Assembly (NCBI GenBank): GCA_015068925.1
Contig: SVJP01000002.1
Span: forward strand, 1-60,449
Source: Oscillospiraceae bacterium
GTDB taxonomy: Bacteria; Bacillota; Clostridia; HGM11514
DNA length: 60,449 nt
Reading direction: 5' to 3'
A program made the translations under genes and the position numbers. Every line of letters begins with the position of its first letter. Position 1 is the first letter of the stretch. Below the pieces are notes generated by a model that was not told the DNA's origin, ran no database searches, and saw nothing but the letters and a program-made list of their open reading frames with translations. Below are positions 56,579 to 60,449 of the stretch, piece after piece.

Positions 56579-56656
56579 TTTCACAAAAAGGAGGGTCAGG
56601 GAAATTTTCCATAAAAATGCCGGCAGAAAACAAATAACAGAAAGAAGGAAATTAAA

Positions 56657-57919
56657 TTGAAAAAATTAAGTTGTATGTTGCTTTGTCTGGTGCTTAGTGT
56701 CACCATGCTTTCAACCGTAGCAATCACCGCAGGAGCAGAAGAATTTACCGAAGGAATTTATACCTATACCGTAGAAAACGGAGAAGCAACCATTATCAAA
56801 TGTGACGAATCAGTAAGTGGTGAACTTGTCATTCCCTCAACCTTGGGTGGATATCCGGTGACTACCATTGGCAATTATGCATTTTCTAATTGTTCAAGTT
56901 TAACAAGCATTACCATCCCTGACAGTGTTACTACCATTTTCGCTTTTGCATTTCTCGGTTGTTCAAGTTTGACAAGCATCACTATCCCTGACAGCGTGAC
57001 AAGCATTGGGGCTTATTCATTTCCCAATTGTTCAAGTTTGACAAGCATCACCATCCCTGACAGTGTTACTTACATTGGCGAACATGCATTTCACGGTTGT
57101 TCAAGTTTGACAAGCATCACCATCCCTGACAGTGTTACTTACATTGGTGCTGGCGCATTTCAAAATACGGCTTATTATAACGATTCAAGCAATTGGGAAA
57201 ACGAGCTTTTATATATTGGAAATCATCTGATTGAGGCAAAAAAAATGATTACATCTGCAACATTAAAAAATGGAACTAAAACCATAGCAGCCTTTGCATT
57301 TTACAATTGTTCAAGTTTGACAAACATCATCATCCCTGACAGCGTGACAAGCATTGGGGGTTATTCATTTTCTGATTGTTCAAGTTTAACAAGCATTACC
57401 ATCCCTGACAGTGTGACAAGCATTGGAGAGTATATGTTTTTTAATTGTCAGAATTTGAAAGATATCTATTTTGCAGGTTCACAAGAACAATGGGAAAACG
57501 CTGTCGGTCAAGCGAATCTTGAGTTAAATGAAAATGCAACAATTCATTTTAACAGCACCGGAAATCATACACCTGAAATTTCCGTCCTGGTGAACAATCA
57601 AGCAATTTCCTTTGACCAACCGCCTGTGATTGAAAATGACAGAACTTTGGTTCCCCTTCGTGCCATCTTCGAAGCACTGGGGGCAGAAGTGCTGTGGGAT
57701 GGAGAAACCTCCACCGTCACCGCAACACGGGGAGATATTACCATTTCTCTCCAGATCGGAAGCAATCAGCTTTATAAAAACGGGGAAGCCATCACCATTG
57801 ATGTTCCTGCTCAAATTATCAATGACAGAACCATGGTGCCCGTCAGAGCCATTGCAGAAAGCTTTAACTGCCGAGTTGGTTGGGACAGTGACACAAAAAC
57901 CGTTACCATCACCGAATAA
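56657..57919 (+). CDS. Secreted BspA-type LRR protein with a C-terminal copper-amine-oxidase-N-like (stalk) domain
   Basis: 420 aa with a TTG start after AGAAGGA. The signal peptide ends ITAGA. There are 23-aa LRRs (CSSLTSITIPDSVT.IG..AF). The C-terminus has two DRTLVPLRAI/DRTMVPVRAI half-repeats of the Cu_amine_oxidN1 type. Confidence 0.8.
   Translation: MKKLSCMLLCLVLSVTMLSTVAITAGAEEFTEGIYTYTVENGEATIIKCDESVSGELVIPSTLGGYPVTTIGNYAFSNCSSLTSITIPDSVTTIFAFAFLGCSSLTSITIPDSVTSIGAYSFPNCSSLTSITIPDSVTYIGEHAFHGCSSLTSITIPDSVTYIGAGAFQNTAYYNDSSNWENELLYIGNHLIEAKKMITSATLKNGTKTIAAFAFYNCSSLTNIIIPDSVTSIGGYSFSDCSSLTSITIPDSVTSIGEYMFFNCQNLKDIYFAGSQEQWENAVGQANLELNENATIHFNSTGNHTPEISVLVNNQAISFDQPPVIENDRTLVPLRAIFEALGAEVLWDGETSTVTATRGDITISLQIGSNQLYKNGEAITIDVPAQIINDRTMVPVRAIAESFNCRVGWDSDTKTVTITE
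56825..57460. repeat. 69-bp coding LRR repeats, including a perfect 51-nt duplicate
   Basis: 57028..57078 is identical to 57097..57147 (offset 69 nt). Related units lie on both sides. Confidence 0.85.
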
Positions 57920-57970
57920 TAAAGAACAAAATCGTAGAGCGTAACGACTCGGCACGCTGAAAATAAAACC

Positions 57971-57999
57971 GGGGATGTAAAAATTCATTTTACATCCCC
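57971..57999. other. Intercistronic hairpin between the two LRR genes
   Basis: GGGGATGTAAAA-ATTCA-TTTTACATCCCC forms a 12-bp stem. No T-tract follows on the plus strand. The GGAGG RBS of the next gene lies 16 nt downstream. Confidence 0.6.
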
Positions 58000-58024
58000 A
58001 AACCAATTTGAACGGAGGTTTTTT

Positions 58025-60449
58025 ATGAAAAAAATAATCTGTCTCATCTTATGCATGGGAATGCTGTTTTCCATGCTGACAGCAACCGTAAGCGCACAAG
58101 AATTTACCGAAGGAATTTATACTTATACTGTGAAAAACGGGGAAGCCATTTTTACCGGTTATAGCGGAAGCGATAATACCTATCTTGTAATTGATGAAAC
58201 CACAATACCATCCCGTTTAGGAGGATATCCGGTAACAACTATTGATAATTATGCCTTCTCGTTTATTTATATAACAGAAATTACAATTCCTGACAGTGTA
58301 ACAACCATTAACGACAATGCATTTGCTCATTGTAGTGAATTAGAAAAAATAATAATACCAAACAGTGTAACCTCTATCGGTGATAATGTCTTTGCTGGAT
58401 GTCTCAGTTTAACAGAAATTATAGTAGATCCAAATAATCCAACTTACTGTTCTATAGATGGTAACTTATTTACTAAAGACAAAACATTCATATTAAAATA
58501 TGCTAATGGAAAACCTGCTTCTTCCTATACTATTCCAAATGGTATAGGTATTATTGACACAGAGGCATTTTCTGATTCTCACTCTTTAAAAGAAATTATA
58601 CTTCCAGATAGTATTTTTTTTATTCAATTTATGGCATTTCCATATTCTTTTCAATTCACAGATATATACTATTCCGGTACAGAAGAACAATGGGAAGAAA
58701 TTGAAATTGGTAACTTTAATGATAATTTAACTACTGCAACCATCCATTTTAATTCTTCCGACGGACAGGAGCAATCAATCACTCCCGCAGTACCCGAACA
58801 AGCACAACCCAATTATTTACCGATCAAGGGTACTTTCGGTTCTTCCTCCGAACAATTTGTGGGACAGGGTGAATTCGACTATAACGACAATGACTTTTCT
58901 CAAAGCGCCTATACCTACAATCACCATCTTTCAAAAATGTCTCTCCGGCTTGCCATGTCCGCCTTTGCGGTAAAAGATACCGGATATGAAACGCAGTATT
59001 ACAATGCAAAAACCTTATTGGAGGGCTTAAATTTTAAAGAGGTAAGCTGGAATGAAAACTACACCGAAAAGCCTTCCATCAATTCCATCGGTGTCATTGC
59101 AGGGAATAAAAAAGTAACCTTCGGAAATGAAGATTACACCCTGATTGCTGTTACCATCCGCGGAGGCGGCTACGAAGCGGAATGGGGCGGTAATTTTAAT
59201 GTAGGAGACGGGGAACATCACGAAGGATTCCGCATAGCACGAGATCATGTTCTCACCTTTTTAACCGACTATATTTCTGAAAAAAACATTCAAGGAAATG
59301 TAAAGATTTGGATCACGGGATATAGCAGAGCAGCAGCAACCGCCAATTTAACCGCGGCATATTTGGATACACACCAATATATTTTCGGTGCAAAAACCAG
59401 CGTATTACCAAAAGATATTTATGCCTACTGTTTTGAAACACCGGCAGGAGTGAAAAATCCTCCCGAAGACCAAACCTACCACAACATTTTCAGCATTGTA
59501 AACCGCAACGATTTTGTTCCGATGGTGGCAATGGAAAAATGGGGTTACGGACGATACGGTCTTACCTACTATTTGCCTTCCCCCGAAACCAACACCAATT
59601 ACAATGAACTGGAAGGAAAAATGCACAACTATTATAACAAATATGTCACAAATGAATACCAAACCCATAGAGCAAGAACAATCGGACAATATTCTGATTT
59701 TAAACTTTCATGGTCAGCCGAGGAAGTCTATCCTTATTTTGGCTTTTATTTAAAAGAAGTCGGTACAGAAAATAATGAAAATATGGGTGTTTTCCTGCAA
59801 AAATTGATTGACACACTGGCTGATACCTTTGAAAATCCTTCTAAATATACCAAAGATCAGCAGGAAGCAATGATCTATATCGGAGAAAAGCTAATCGGTG
59901 AGAAAAAATTTGAAGAATTTTTGACCGTGTTAACAAGCCAACTGACATCCAGATTAAGTGTGGGATCACTTTCCAATGAAGTTCTCAGTTCTGCTCTTGA
60001 TAAATTAGGACTGGAAGAAAATCATAATATTTTATATGATGCAACAAAAGCTGCCTTCAAGGATGTAGGTGTTACCATTAACGAAAACACTTTAAGCAAG
60101 GTGGTTACCCTGTTGCTCTCCTTAGTTCCTGACCATAATCTGGAAACACTAATTGGAAATATTGATATTATTCCCGTGGGACACTTCCCCGAATTGTGTT
60201 TGGCGTGGCTGGATGCAACAGACGAAACAATGTACACAGATAAAAACAAAAATTTCATTAAACCGCAAGAAAAGTCTATTTCCGTCCTGGTCAACAACCA
60301 AGCACTTTCTTTTGATCAACCTCCTGTGATTGAAAATGACAGAACTTTGGTTCCCCTTCGTGCCATCTTCGAAGCACTGGGGGCAGAAGTGCTGTGGGAT
60401 GGAGAAACCTCCACCGTCACCGCAACACGGGGAGATATTACCATTTCTC
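58025..60449 (+). CDS. Secreted LRR / class-3-lipase fusion protein with a C-terminal Cu_amine_oxidN1-like domain (3' end outside the window)
   Basis: I translated this by hand and found it open from the ATG at 58025 to the window end. It starts MKKIICLILCMGMLFSMLTATVSAQEFTEGIYTYTVKNGEA. It has LRRs, HEGFRIARDHV...IWITGYSRAAATANL (GxSxA nucleophile elbow), NRNDFVPMV (lipase_3 Asp motif), then ISVLVNNQALSFDQPPVIENDRTLVPLRAI. Confidence 0.75.
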   Translation, partial: MKKIICLILCMGMLFSMLTATVSAQEFTEGIYTYTVKNGEAIFTGYSGSDNTYLVIDETTIPSRLGGYPVTTIDNYAFSFIYITEITIPDSVTTINDNAFAHCSELEKIIIPNSVTSIGDNVFAGCLSLTEIIVDPNNPTYCSIDGNLFTKDKTFILKYANGKPASSYTIPNGIGIIDTEAFSDSHSLKEIILPDSIFFIQFMAFPYSFQFTDIYYSGTEEQWEEIEIGNFNDNLTTATIHFNSSDGQEQSITPAVPEQAQPNYLPIKGTFGSSSEQFVGQGEFDYNDNDFSQSAYTYNHHLSKMSLRLAMSAFAVKDTGYETQYYNAKTLLEGLNFKEVSWNENYTEKPSINSIGVIAGNKKVTFGNEDYTLIAVTIRGGGYEAEWGGNFNVGDGEHHEGFRIARDHVLTFLTDYISEKNIQGNVKIWITGYSRAAATANLTAAYLDTHQYIFGAKTSVLPKDIYAYCFETPAGVKNPPEDQTYHNIFSIVNRNDFVPMVAMEKWGYGRYGLTYYLPSPETNTNYNELEGKMHNYYNKYVTNEYQTHRARTIGQYSDFKLSWSAEEVYPYFGFYLKEVGTENNENMGVFLQKLIDTLADTFENPSKYTKDQQEAMIYIGEKLIGEKKFEEFLTVLTSQLTSRLSVGSLSNEVLSSALDKLGLEENHNILYDATKAAFKDVGVTINENTLSKVVTLLLSLVPDHNLETLIGNIDIIPVGHFPELCLAWLDATDETMYTDKNKNFIKPQEKSISVLVNNQALSFDQPPVIENDRTLVPLRAIFEALGAEVLWDGETSTVTATRGDITIS

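Noticed and set aside
56511-56660. A 49-codon upstream ORF (MNYVAVVGQSCVFHAQ...) spanning the 3' half of leader B and ending at the TTG start.
   Set aside because: It has no RBS, and copy A has no equivalent ORF. The region is better explained by the conserved RNA structure and terminator.
57524-58006. 160-aa minus-strand ORF across the end of the LRR gene.
   Set aside because: It is antisense to a Cu_amine_oxidN1-like domain with clear family motifs. It is a shadow ORF.

Overview
This 60.4-kb window looks like a Clostridia-type Firmicutes chromosome, judging by gene content and order, GGAGG ribosome-binding sites (RBS) and sporulation genes. About two thirds is conserved housekeeping, mostly on the minus strand. 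It includes the 3' part of a hydC-hydB-hydA electron-bifurcating [FeFe]-hydrogenase operon. It also includes the block yicC-remA-gmk-rpoZ-coaBC-priA-def-fmt-(Zn peptidase)-rsmB-rlmN-stp-prkC-rsgA-rpe-thiN and the block uppS-cdsA-dxr-rseP-ispG-polC. On the plus strand are dagK-like, chrA x2, mrp, asnA-asnS, rqcH and rhaA. RNase P RNA (rnpB) lies at 9809..10168 (-). I recognised no rRNA, tRNA, CRISPR array or intact mobile element. The only mobile-element trace is a C-terminal remnant of an IS200/RayT-type transposase. Three cell-surface islands interrupt the core. (1) 10208..14950 encodes a small secreted dockerin protein plus two cohesin-like, Ig-repeat, SLH (S-layer homology)-anchored proteins. 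(2) 38566..42681 encodes a monocistronic 1371-aa BspA-type LRR (leucine-rich repeat) protein. (3) 56657..>60449 encodes two further LRR paralogs, one fused to a class-3 lipase domain. The most interesting signal is non-coding. Both LRR transcription units are preceded by the same promoter and a leader RNA of about 160 nt. Its stems are conserved as pairing (compensatory changes between the two copies), its loops are conserved as sequence, and it ends in an intrinsic terminator. This looks like a riboswitch or attenuator that I cannot assign to any class I know. Other points include gene conversion between LRR paralogs, perfect intragenic repeats, a 12-bp coding minisatellite in prkC, gene remnants flanking asnA-asnS, an orphan rhaA, and a 51-aa Cys-rich ORF missing from the ORF track.
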